Shown: piece after piece, positions 21,120-29,748 of the stretch
Layout: every line of letters begins with the position of its first letter
Numbering within the stretch: the first letter of the stretch is position 1
DNA from: Verrucomicrobiota bacterium
Lineage (GTDB): Bacteria; Verrucomicrobiota; Verrucomicrobiia; Opitutales; Cerasicoccaceae
Assembly: GCA_039818205.1 (NCBI GenBank)
Contig: JBCBUK010000007.1
Coordinates: forward strand, 193,675 to 257,674
Reading direction: 5' to 3'
Length of the DNA: 64,000 nt
The notes under the pieces: model-generated
Seen by the model: only the letters and a program-made list of their open reading frames with translations
What the model was told of the DNA's origin: nothing
Databases searched by the model: none
Translations under genes and position numbers: made by a program

Positions 21120-22229
21120 ATGGGACGAAAGAAGAAAGGCGCACGGGTATACAGAATTAAGCATCCCACAATGAACTGGCAGGTAACGCTTACTCAGTCA
21201 GACGGACGCAAAATACGGGAATACTTCAAAAAGGAGTCGGACGCTAACAAACGAGCTGAAGAGCTCAACCAGAGAATACTGATCGAAGGAGTTGATGGGG
21301 TTTTATTTGGAGCCGAAGCTCGTGCGGAATACGCTGCTTGCAAACGCAAGCTAGCTGGACGAGATGTTTCCCTCCTCGCAGTCGTCGACGAATGGTTGAA
21401 CAGCCATCCGAAAACAATCAAAAAGGATTTTAGAGACGCGATTGACGAGTTTTGCGAGGCGAAACGGTCCGCAAATCGAAGAGAAATCACCATATCGAAG
21501 TACGCTCGGTGTCTCAAAGAGTTCCAGCTATTTTCGCTCCTATCAAGCATTGACCAAATCCAACCGCAACATTGCAGGAACTACCTACTACGGCCATCGT
21601 TAGCTCCTGCAACTATGCAAAATTACCGAGCCACACTGAGCAGTTTCTGTAGCTACTGCAGGAAGCGAGGCTGGCTAGAGACCGATCCATTAAAGTCGAT
21701 TGATCGTCCGACATTGGATGCAAACAATCCGGTTGTATTGTCCCCTGATGAGGTGGCGAGATTCATGGCTTGCTGCGCGAAGCTCAGCGATGGACGGATT
21801 GTTCGGGCGGTAGCTCTTCGACTTTTCGCGGGTTTACGCCCTGGGGAGCAAGAAGTGTTAACTGAGCGAGATATTCTAAAAGATGGGATTCGCGTTGGGG
21901 CGGGTAAGATTCGGGGCCGACGCTCGGTACGCATAGTGCCAATTTCATCAATCCTCAAGGGTTGGCTGGATGCGTTTCCTGATGCTTCGCTCCAACCAAC
22001 GAACTTCCGCAAGTTGCAGGAGCAAGCGATTGAGCAAGCTGGACTATCGAAGATTTGGGCAAAGGATATTCTCCGCCATACCTGGATCTCTTACCGGCTG
22101 GCCGAAACGAACGACGAACGGCTTGTCGCGCGGGAGGCAGGAAATTCGCCGGATATCATCTACCGGCACTACTTCCAGCTGGTTTCGGCTGACGACGTCG
22201 AGCGATTTGGGAAGTATTGCCTGCTTTAG
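21120..22229 (+). CDS. Tyrosine recombinase / phage integrase
   Basis: N-terminal arm-binding-like region, core-binding domain, catalytic AGLRPGE, DILRHTWISY and AGNSP...RHY; about 160 bp from attL. Confidence 0.93.
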   Translation: MGRKKKGARVYRIKHPTMNWQVTLTQSDGRKIREYFKKESDANKRAEELNQRILIEGVDGVLFGAEARAEYAACKRKLAGRDVSLLAVVDEWLNSHPKTIKKDFRDAIDEFCEAKRSANRREITISKYARCLKEFQLFSLLSSIDQIQPQHCRNYLLRPSLAPATMQNYRATLSSFCSYCRKRGWLETDPLKSIDRPTLDANNPVVLSPDEVARFMACCAKLSDGRIVRAVALRLFAGLRPGEQEVLTERDILKDGIRVGAGKIRGRRSVRIVPISSILKGWLDAFPDASLQPTNFRKLQEQAIEQAGLSKIWAKDILRHTWISYRLAETNDERLVAREAGNSPDIIYRHYFQLVSADDVERFGKYCLL

Positions 22230-22669
22230 CTTCCTGAATCCTCGAAGGAAACAATCGTTTTGTCGCCTTGGAATTGGTCATGTCCGGTGAGCGATGCGAA
22301 ATCGTCTCCCTGGAAGATCATCTGTTGTGGACGATCTTCTTGAGCAAAGACAGATTGAGCGTTGTAGGCCCGCCACGGCCAATCGTTAGGACGGTTTTCC
22401 CGAATGAACTCTTTCAGGGCTTCCATTCGATTGCATAGGCGCAATCCGTTATGGAGATTCTCGTTTGAATCGCTCGAATCCAATACCGGCGACTCCCATT
22501 CCGGAAGGGTCAGGTCAAGGTAGCTGATTTGCTGCTCTAGTAGCATGATTTCCTCGGTGAGCATTAGCAGGATTCGACGCCGCTCACTGAGATCGCTGTT
22601 TGCCCACAGCGCGCAGCGAAAATACCACGCAGCCGGGCGCATTGAGTGTTCTGCATTTGTGTCCGTCAT
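22226..22669 (-). CDS. Hypothetical protein of the element
   Basis: ORF convergent with the integrase and downstream of the RHH regulator; ATG at 22669 chosen. Confidence 0.6.
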   Translation of the reverse strand: MTDTNAEHSMRPAAWYFRCALWANSDLSERRRILLMLTEEIMLLEQQISYLDLTLPEWESPVLDSSDSNENLHNGLRLCNRMEALKEFIRENRPNDWPWRAYNAQSVFAQEDRPQQMIFQGDDFASLTGHDQFQGDKTIVSFEDSGS

Positions 22670-22726
22670 GTTACAAAGTATTGGACGAAGAATTGAAGTC
22701 TTGAGCTGTTTAGCGGTCAACGACAA

Positions 22727-23002
22727 TCAGCTGGCGGCCTTCTTTGCTTTGCCTGACCGTGATTTCCTCTTGTAGGGGCTGGCCGCATCCGTTGGCTCGG
22801 CCTGCGTCGTTTTTGCGGCTTTGGTAGTGGGAACCACCTTGAGTGGGCTGCTGATGTAGCCGTTTTCCTTGTAGAACTCAATTATGGCCCGCGCGGCGTG
22901 CCTGAGGAGCATGCCAGCGGGCATATCAACCTCTGCGCAAATTGCTTCGAACTCCTCTTTGAGGTCATCTTCCACGGTAACATTGATCTGTTTTCGAGCC
23001 AT
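22727..23002 (-). CDS. Ribbon-helix-helix family regulator (putative repressor)
   Basis: KQINVTVEDDLKEEFEAICAEVDM...LLRHAAR gives a beta-strand plus two helices; divergent from the replication operon. Confidence 0.7.
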   Translation of the reverse strand: MARKQINVTVEDDLKEEFEAICAEVDMPAGMLLRHAARAIIEFYKENGYISSPLKVVPTTKAAKTTQAEPTDAASPYKRKSRSGKAKKAAS

Positions 23003-23152
23003 GGTATAGAAAACCTACAATTTTTTTTCGAATTGTCGAGTTTTCTAAGTCAGTGATCCTTCGCGCCTTATCTGTATAGAGAAACTATATCGCGAGTAGG
23101 ATGTATATTTTTCTATTGTGAATATAGGTATCCTACGCATAAGTTTTCTTCC

Positions 23153-23398
23153 ATGAGCAAGAAGAACGAACTGAAGGACTGGGTAACGCCGGCATTTGTG
23201 GCTCGGCGGTTTTGTCTTAGTCCATCCACAATTTTGAAACACATCATCGCCGGAAACATTGAAGCGTTTCCGAGCCGCTTAAACAAAAAGGGCCGCCCGT
23301 CTGGTTTCCGCATAAAGCGGACTGAGGTCATGCGTTTGGATCGGTGCGGGATTCGTCCGCGCATCCACAATTTCAACAACGGCCTTCGCGCCATTTGA
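23153..23398 (+). CDS. Excisionase-like HTH DNA-binding protein
   Basis: WVTPAFVARRFCLSPSTILKHIIAGNIEA...FRIKRTEV matches the Xis/HTH_17 pattern; small and basic. Confidence 0.7.
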   Translation: MSKKNELKDWVTPAFVARRFCLSPSTILKHIIAGNIEAFPSRLNKKGRPSGFRIKRTEVMRLDRCGIRPRIHNFNNGLRAI

Positions 23399-23405
23399 GG
23401 GCCTT

Positions 23406-23609
23406 GTGATGCTGGACGAGAAAACAGACTACAACGTTATCATCTGCGAGCAATGCGGCGGCGTTGGTTATCACTGGTTCGAGGAACGGCTAGACGGGTA
23501 CGGAAAGAACACCCGCCAGCACAAGGAGGAGTGCTGCGCATGCCAGGGCTCGGGCCGTTTGTCCGTGGAGACCACGACACGCATCAAACCATTCGGAGTA
23601 TCCAGATGA
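23406..23609 (+). CDS. Small zinc-finger protein
   Basis: CEQCGGVG and CCACQGSG (two CxxCxGxG repeats); in the operon with the Xis-like gene. Confidence 0.65.
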   Translation: MMLDEKTDYNVIICEQCGGVGYHWFEERLDGYGKNTRQHKEECCACQGSGRLSVETTTRIKPFGVSR

Positions 23610-23748
23610 TCTCTACAGCATACCACTTTGGGCGACAGCAATTGGGCACAAAGCGTTTCTTGGCGCGAGGTCCTGAATCCCACATCGAGGAAAGAAGAGG
23701 AGCGAGCGCGATGAATCATTCTTCCTTTCTGCTCGTTGCAGTTACCCC

Positions 23749-23895
23749 GCTGGGTGGGTCTTTGGCTTTGCCAGGCCTGCCCAGCACTGACTTTTGCGCT
23801 CAACTCGTGTCAACCCGTCCGGCTTCGCAGGATGCGACCGGGCGGGATCAGGAGAGATTTCAGAATGACTTTATCACGGAGGGCTTGTTACCCCG
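23749..23895 (+). other. Putative rolling-circle double-strand origin
   Basis: Two long GC-rich hairpins (23749-23785, 23814-23846) and CTTGTTA (23884-23890) just upstream of rep. Confidence 0.45.
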
Positions 23896-23961
23896 TTTAA
23901 TCCAACTATTCGCACCCCCACTGCGGGTCGCAGGCGTAGCCGAAGACGGGAAGGCTCCTCA

Positions 23962-24924
23962 ATGAAACTTAACAAGATGGACCGCGGCGAAGCGTACTCG
24001 ATGGGTCGCACCGAAACCGCCTACGCCGACGAATACGCCAACAACGATTTACCTTCAGGTGAGATTCAAGTTCTGCCGTACCGGGCTAAGAGTTACCTTT
24101 GCGATGGTGGCGGACGATTGATTCATCGTGACATGGTGCGCCGGGGTATGCCGACCGATTTTACGGGCTGGTTGTTCGTTACGCTCACGCTCGATCGCGA
24201 GTTCTTCGACCACGACCCCGAGCTCGGATACTTAGTTGGCAAGGAGCGTATGCGACGCTTCTTCGATTACTTAAAGAAGCATGGTCACAAAATCGAAAAG
24301 TGGATTTGGAAGCTCGAGTTTCATCCCGAATCTCCCGAGTGGGTGCACTGGCATCTGCTATTGGATCATCGGAAGTTTGTGCCTTGGGAATTGATTCAGC
24401 GCGCTTGGAATCTTGGACGCGTCAACGTCGAGCGAGTCGAGAGTTACGCTCAGGGTCAACGCATCGGCGAGTATGAGTTTAAGTATGTCTTCAAGGAAGG
24501 CATGGGCCCGCCCAAGTGGCTGCTGAAGTATAAGCGCATTCGCTTCATCCAAACGAAGGGCATCTTCGAAAAGAAGTCTAAGACCAAAGATGAGACCGTC
24601 GAAGAGGAGCTAAACCGCAAAGAGGAACAGCACGCTTACGAAGGCAAAGACAACCGTAGCGAGTCGCCCACGATCGGTGAGCGCATGCAGATGTGGAAGC
24701 GCAAGATTACGGCGGTCTACGACACCGCTGAAGGTAAGCAAGTGCGGTCCTATGAACTCGTAACGACCGCCGAACGTTTCTTCGGCCACCTTTGGAATTT
24801 ACCAACTAACCTTCGGTGCTTGATGGCACCGTTTCACGCGATTGTTCGCAAACATCAAATAATACTAGATTATGTCAGAGTTAACAACCACCTCGCCACG
24901 CATCTCCAAGGCGCTCTTGGATAA
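23962..24924 (+). CDS. HUH-superfamily rolling-circle replication initiator (Rep)
   Basis: Motif I FVTLT, motif II KLEFH...VHWHLLL, motif III YEFKYVFK (YxxxY), in the Rep order. Confidence 0.85.
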   Translation: MKLNKMDRGEAYSMGRTETAYADEYANNDLPSGEIQVLPYRAKSYLCDGGGRLIHRDMVRRGMPTDFTGWLFVTLTLDREFFDHDPELGYLVGKERMRRFFDYLKKHGHKIEKWIWKLEFHPESPEWVHWHLLLDHRKFVPWELIQRAWNLGRVNVERVESYAQGQRIGEYEFKYVFKEGMGPPKWLLKYKRIRFIQTKGIFEKKSKTKDETVEEELNRKEEQHAYEGKDNRSESPTIGERMQMWKRKITAVYDTAEGKQVRSYELVTTAERFFGHLWNLPTNLRCLMAPFHAIVRKHQIILDYVRVNNHLATHLQGALG

Positions 24925-25372
24925 GTTCTTCATCCAGCCTGAGGCTGAGAAGCTCAAAGGAAAACACCACGTCGAAGGGCTACTGCTTGCCGGACGCGTT
25001 ACCACGATCAAGCACACGCCGCATACGAGCGAGAGAAATGGCGAGACCATCTTCAAAGTGCAAACGGCGATCGAGATCGAATCCGACGGGCGCAAGTATC
25101 AATACTCCAGTTGGTCGAACCTCAACGAGGGACAAGAACCCATCGAGCTTAAGCGCGATACGCATTACATCTTTAGCGTCGGAGGACTCAAGAGCCACCG
25201 AGTTACCGATGGCACTTATACCGATCGCAACGGAAACGAACGGGCTAACACGGTCGCCGAACTCACCGAGGTTCGCCGGCTAGAAGTAGCCGAGTTGGAA
25301 ATTCGCCCGAAGGGCGCGAGCTCCACGCCTTCGGATGCGGATGCGCGGCAGCGCGCCGCGACGAAGTCGTGA
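24872..25372 (+). CDS. Putative single-stranded DNA-binding protein (positional analogue of inovirus pV)
   Basis: Overlaps the end of rep, precedes the coat gene, beta-strand-rich OB-like pattern. The call is mainly positional. Confidence 0.5.
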   Translation: MSELTTTSPRISKALLDKFFIQPEAEKLKGKHHVEGLLLAGRVTTIKHTPHTSERNGETIFKVQTAIEIESDGRKYQYSSWSNLNEGQEPIELKRDTHYIFSVGGLKSHRVTDGTYTDRNGNERANTVAELTEVRRLEVAELEIRPKGASSTPSDADARQRAATKS

Positions 25373-25446
25373 GCTCCTTTCCTTGTTATACCTGTCGTAA
25401 CTGACGCCAAATTTCGTCGACGAACCAAACCAAAACCAAGATCAAA

Positions 25447-25647
25447 ATGAATCCATTCAAAAACATATGGGCCGTCTTCTTCTGCATGATGGCAACGACG
25501 TTTGCCCAAGTAACCACATCGGACCTAAGCGCGGTTGAAACCGCCGTGGGCGATGTCGAAACCATCTGGGGAACAATCGCTACGATCATCATCGGCGTTG
25601 CTGCCGTGATGGTGGGTAAGAAGTTCCTCCGAAGGGCAGGCTCCTAA
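25447..25647 (+). CDS. Filamentous-phage (inovirus) major coat protein-like
   Basis: 20-aa signal peptide (..ATTFA|) and a 46-aa mature chain with an acidic amphipathic N-part, hydrophobic TM (IWGTIATIIIGVAAVMVG) and basic tail (KKFLRR). Confidence 0.8.
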   Translation: MNPFKNIWAVFFCMMATTFAQVTTSDLSAVETAVGDVETIWGTIATIIIGVAAVMVGKKFLRRAGS

Positions 25648-25655
25648 ATCAACAC

Positions 25656-25688
25656 AGGGGCGGGCCATAAACCCGCCCCTTTTATTTT
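25656..25688 (+). terminator. Intrinsic terminator after the coat gene
   Basis: AGGGGCGGG-CCATAAA-CCCGCCCCT followed by TTTATTTT. Confidence 0.85.
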
Positions 25689-25785
25689 CGACTCGCGATG
25701 CGCGATGGAAATTGGTCTAACTTGGTTAGTGTGTGCCACCGGCGTGTTTCATTATGCAAATACTCGATAATCTAACTTCCGAGAA

Positions 25786-25802
25786 AAGAGATCAAGTCTC
25801 AC
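25786..25802. promoter_or_regulatory. 17-bp palindromic operator (putative iron/Fur-type box)
   Basis: AAGAGATCAAGTCTCAC, upstream of the Fe3+ ABC operon. Confidence 0.5.
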
Positions 25803-26017
25803 CATAAAGGCGTTGAATTTGAGAATGAAATTGCTCCCAAGTCGAAAACGCCTGCGGCCCAAATCGAAATTATCTATTGTTGTAAACCCTAGAAAAATAA
25901 CGATTTGCGTGAATCAAAAATACCAAAACTGAGAAAGAACCTAATTAGTCCTCCGAAAAGCAACCGCTATCACTACACATTCTATTATTTCGTCAAACGA
26001 TTGCTAGTCCAATTACA

Positions 26018-26046
26018 TTGACAAGCGACTTAGTCTCAATTTCATA
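26018..26046 (+). promoter_or_regulatory. Promoter of the iron ABC operon overlapped by the 17-bp operator
   Basis: TTGACA at 26018-26023; AAGCGACTTAGTCTCAA (26023-26039) fills the -35/-10 spacer. Confidence 0.6.
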
Positions 26047-26195
26047 AAGTCACAGTATCGAGACCACCGTAACAAAAATTTAACCAAAAATTTTCGATTC
26101 GGTATCGGGCTTTGGACGATCTTCCGAGACTGATTGATCATACGACCCCTCTAGCAAACAAATCTCTGAACACTTTTATATTGAGCGCGCCTACG

Positions 26196-27206
26196 ATGAA
26201 ACGAAGCAGTATCTCCCTTGTAATATTTGGTCTAATAGGATTTTCACTATCCTTAGATGCGCTGACGGTTTACAGCTTCCGACATTATCCAGCCGACGAT
26301 GCTTTGTTTGAAAAATTCACCGAGCAAACTGGCATTCCGGTAGAGGTTGTTAAAGCCAAAGCGGGAGCGCTCTTGGAACGCCTAGAAGCAGAAGGTGATC
26401 AGTCACCGGCGGACATTCTGATTACCTCTGACGCAGCCCGCCTGCACATAGCGACTGAGAAAGGTCTTTTGCAACCAATCGACTCACCGATCCTTAAAGA
26501 GCGGATTCCTCCTTACCTGCGTGACCCGAACGACAACTGGTTCGGTTTTACACAGCGAGCTCGAGTCTTCGTATACAATCCGGAATCTGTTTCTAGTAAA
26601 GACCTGACGACCTATGAAGATCTCGCCAATCCAGAGTGGCGAGGTCGGATTGTATGCCGTTCATCCTCTAACGTTTATAATCAGTCTTTGTTGGCATCAG
26701 TCATCGCAGCGGACGGAAAAGACGCTGCGATCAATTGGGCAAAAGGTGTAAGAAAGAACATGGCGCGCGCACCGCAGGGCAATGACCGGGACCAAATCCG
26801 CGCAGTAGCAAAGGGCTTAGCCGATCTCGCAATCGTGAACACCTACTACGTCGGTCTAATGTTGAATTCAGATGACCACAAAGACCGAAAAATCGCCCAA
26901 CGGCTAAAAATATTCTTCCCTAACCAGGCTAACCGCGGCACTCACATAAATATCAGCGGAGCAGGCATCACCAAAGCTTCGAAAAACATTGAGGATGCCA
27001 AAGCCTTTCTAGAATTTTTGGCATCCGATGAAGCCCAAAGCACATTCCCAAACGCAACTTACGAATATCCTGTAGTAAATGAGGTTGAGTGGTCCGAACA
27101 ACAAAAGGAGTGGGGCCAGTTTAAATCAGACACCCTATCACTAGACCTCCTAGGCGAGAATAACGCCAACGCGATTCGCGTATTCAACCTAGCGGGTTGG
27201 GAGTAA
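26196..27206 (+). CDS. fbpA: Fe(3+) ABC transporter substrate-binding protein (FbpA/FutA type)
   Basis: Signal peptide, VYSFRHY, RSSSNVYNQSL, GNDRDQI, NTYY iron-binding tyrosines, GTHINISGAG. Confidence 0.92.
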   Translation: MKRSSISLVIFGLIGFSLSLDALTVYSFRHYPADDALFEKFTEQTGIPVEVVKAKAGALLERLEAEGDQSPADILITSDAARLHIATEKGLLQPIDSPILKERIPPYLRDPNDNWFGFTQRARVFVYNPESVSSKDLTTYEDLANPEWRGRIVCRSSSNVYNQSLLASVIAADGKDAAINWAKGVRKNMARAPQGNDRDQIRAVAKGLADLAIVNTYYVGLMLNSDDHKDRKIAQRLKIFFPNQANRGTHINISGAGITKASKNIEDAKAFLEFLASDEAQSTFPNATYEYPVVNEVEWSEQQKEWGQFKSDTLSLDLLGENNANAIRVFNLAGWE

Positions 27207-27208
27207 AC

Positions 27209-28813
27209 GTGAATCGCCAATTGCAGCTGCGCCGAGCAGTTGACAGCTGGTCGATTAGCACGGTCGTCGTTTGTTTGGCGATCTTGACCCCGTTGGCAGT
27301 CATTTTCCTATCGGTTTTTAAGACAGCCCCCGACTGGCAGCACATCCAGTCTACTGTTCTCACCCTCTATATAGGCAATACACTCTTCCTAGTTTTCGCA
27401 GTAGGATTTGTCGCGTTTCTTTTCGCTGCACCGACTGCTTGGTTTGTGGTCTACTACGATTTCCCTGGCAAACGGTGGCTATCATGGGCCTTGGTCTTGC
27501 CCTTGGCGATTCCCACGTACGTCGCGGCCTTCACCTACTACGATTTATTAGACCACACGATACCCTTGATAGTTGCTGCAAGGAAAGCCTGGGGGTTTGA
27601 GGCCTCCCAAAGGTTGGAACAAATTCTTCGATACGGCTTGCTCGTCCTCCTGATGAGCAGTGTCCTCTACCCATACATCTTCTTTACTCTCCGGGCGTCA
27701 TTTATGCGCCAGCAAGCGGTTTTCCTAGAGGCAGGCCGTATGCTGGGCAAATCAACTGGCAGTATTTTCTGGCAGATCGCACTCCCCCTATCCAGACCAG
27801 CATTGGTGGCAGGCCTCGGCCTAGTGGCGATGGAAGTAATCAATGATTATGGCGCCGTCAATTTCTTTGGAGCTCCGACACTGACAGAAGGGATATTCCG
27901 AACTTGGTTCGGACTGGAGGATCAAGCATCGGCAATGCGCCTGGCCTTATCAATGACCGTGCTCGTCCTCATTTTGCTTGGATTTGAATTGTGGACCCGT
28001 CGACGGGTGCGCTTCGCGGCCGGAGAACTCGAAGGGCATAGCCTCATGCCAGTCCGAATTCGCGGGTACAAGGGTTGGCTGATTACATTCATATGTATTG
28101 TTCCTCTTTTCACAGGATTTCTTTTCCCTGTCTTCCGCCTGCTACATTGGGCCGTGCTTTCATTTGGAGATTTTGACTTTTCTACCATTGGCCCACAGAT
28201 AACCAAAAGCTTAATACTCGCGGCCACAACTACCGTTATACTCGGAGCTGTCGCATTACTATTCGCGTTTTGCGGACGAGTACACCCTAGTCTAAGTCTT
28301 CGCCGAATAATTCGTGTAGCAACCATAGGATATGCGATACCTGGTGCAGTCATTGCAGTCGGCGTTATGACCTTGTTCGGCACGGTCGACCAAATGGTTT
28401 CTCATCACATCCTTGGCGGAAGCCTATTTGCGCTTGGGTTCGCTTACCTCATTCGGTTCCTCACGATTGCATACCAACCACTTGATGCGGGGATGAATAG
28501 CGTTGGTCAAAGCCTTCTTGATGCATCGTTCATTCTAGGCAGGTCGAGAATTCAAACGCTTCTAAGAATACACCTCCCTTTGTTGATGCCAGTGCTGCTT
28601 GCGGCATCAATTCTCGTCTTTATCGATATCCTTAAAGAACTTCCGCTTACTTTGATCCTGCGGACAAGTGACTTTGAAACACTAGCAACCTATGCTTTCG
28701 GATTTGCAAAAGAGGGCGCAATCTATGATTGTTCCATACCGTCGCTTTGTATTATCTTGGCCGGCAGCGTTGGTTTGATTCTGGCCAATCGTTGGATGCG
28801 GCCTAGCACATAG
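27209..28813 (+). CDS. fbpB: Fe(3+) ABC transporter permease
   Basis: Duplicated BPD permease with LPLAIPTYV, LPLSRPA and ILKELPLTLILR motifs; GTG start. Confidence 0.92.
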   Translation: MNRQLQLRRAVDSWSISTVVVCLAILTPLAVIFLSVFKTAPDWQHIQSTVLTLYIGNTLFLVFAVGFVAFLFAAPTAWFVVYYDFPGKRWLSWALVLPLAIPTYVAAFTYYDLLDHTIPLIVAARKAWGFEASQRLEQILRYGLLVLLMSSVLYPYIFFTLRASFMRQQAVFLEAGRMLGKSTGSIFWQIALPLSRPALVAGLGLVAMEVINDYGAVNFFGAPTLTEGIFRTWFGLEDQASAMRLALSMTVLVLILLGFELWTRRRVRFAAGELEGHSLMPVRIRGYKGWLITFICIVPLFTGFLFPVFRLLHWAVLSFGDFDFSTIGPQITKSLILAATTTVILGAVALLFAFCGRVHPSLSLRRIIRVATIGYAIPGAVIAVGVMTLFGTVDQMVSHHILGGSLFALGFAYLIRFLTIAYQPLDAGMNSVGQSLLDASFILGRSRIQTLLRIHLPLLMPVLLAASILVFIDILKELPLTLILRTSDFETLATYAFGFAKEGAIYDCSIPSLCIILAGSVGLILANRWMRPST

Positions 28814-28814
28814 T

Positions 28815-29546
28815 ATGCTCGAGATAGCGAACATTCGTAAAGTCTACGAGAACGACAGCCATGCAGCCGTCGAGGATGTCTCGTTGGAGCTCCCAGCGGG
28901 CAAAATCATTACGCTGCTTGGTGAAAGCGGATGTGGTAAAACTACCCTGCTCCGAATGATCGCTGGACTCGCTGTTCCAAACGAAGGAGAAATTCGCTTG
29001 AACAACGAATTGATGGTCGGGCCATCGACTTGGGTCCCACCACAGAAGCGAAAAATCGGTATGGTCGCACAAGGCGGTGCTCTCTTTCCCCACATGACGG
29101 TTTTCAAAAACATCGCTTATGGACTCTCACATTTGAACAAAAATGAACGCCTGGACCGCATTCGCCAGAAGCTCGAGCTGGTCGGGCTAGCAGACAAACA
29201 ACATCGCTATCCCCATGAACTCTCGGGCGGCGAGCGCCAGCGTATTGCACTCATTCGTGCCCTAGCCCCTAGCCCACGATTGATCTTATTGGACGAGCCA
29301 TTCAGCAACCTAGACACGACGCGAAAGAAACTCTTGCGAACTGAAGTTCGGTCCATCCTAAAGCGAGAGAATATGACTGCGATCCTCGTTTCTCACGATC
29401 CACAAGACGCACGACACTTCGGCGATCTTATCGCTATCATGCGCTCCGGAAGAATTAGTCAAAGCGGAACAAAAGAAGAGATCATCAGCCATCCATGCAA
29501 TGAATATTGCTCCGAACTAATCGGTGAGATCGGTAAAGACTCTTAA
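28815..29546 (+). CDS. fbpC: Fe(3+) ABC transporter ATP-binding protein
   Basis: GESGCGKT, LSGGERQR and LLDEPFSNLD; short form with no obvious C-terminal TOBE domain. Confidence 0.9.
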   Translation: MLEIANIRKVYENDSHAAVEDVSLELPAGKIITLLGESGCGKTTLLRMIAGLAVPNEGEIRLNNELMVGPSTWVPPQKRKIGMVAQGGALFPHMTVFKNIAYGLSHLNKNERLDRIRQKLELVGLADKQHRYPHELSGGERQRIALIRALAPSPRLILLDEPFSNLDTTRKKLLRTEVRSILKRENMTAILVSHDPQDARHFGDLIAIMRSGRISQSGTKEEIISHPCNEYCSELIGEIGKDS

Positions 29547-29564
29547 AGCGTTCATAGTAGAAAT

Positions 29565-29591
29565 GGGCCGACGGATTTTCTCCGTCGACCC
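29565..29591 (+). terminator. Hairpin after the iron ABC operon
   Basis: GGGCCGACGGA-TTTTC-TCCGTCGACCC; weak U tract. Confidence 0.45.
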
Positions 29592-29708
29592 TGGTCATGC
29601 TTGGCTTATTTGCGTATGGATGTAGAGTAGCAGGTGATCGCAAAATTGAACGTGCAGATTCATTGGATCTGCACCAAACGCGTTGAGGGTAGAACGAACA
29701 AAATCAGT

Positions 29709-29742
29709 GTCCGTTGACGGGGGCTGACTCCCGCCAACGGAC
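29709..29742 (-). terminator. Terminator hairpin after the PEP-CTERM gene
   Basis: 13-bp stem GTCCGTTGGCGGG/CCCGTCAACGGAC on the minus strand, followed by T-rich sequence. Confidence 0.6.
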
Positions 29743-29748
29743 GGTGCA

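Noticed and set aside
23453..23965. 170-aa ORF upstream of rep
   Set aside because: Overlaps the Zn-finger gene and the hairpin cluster and has no protein-like pattern; better explained as an origin region, though a short ORF from 23606 cannot be excluded.
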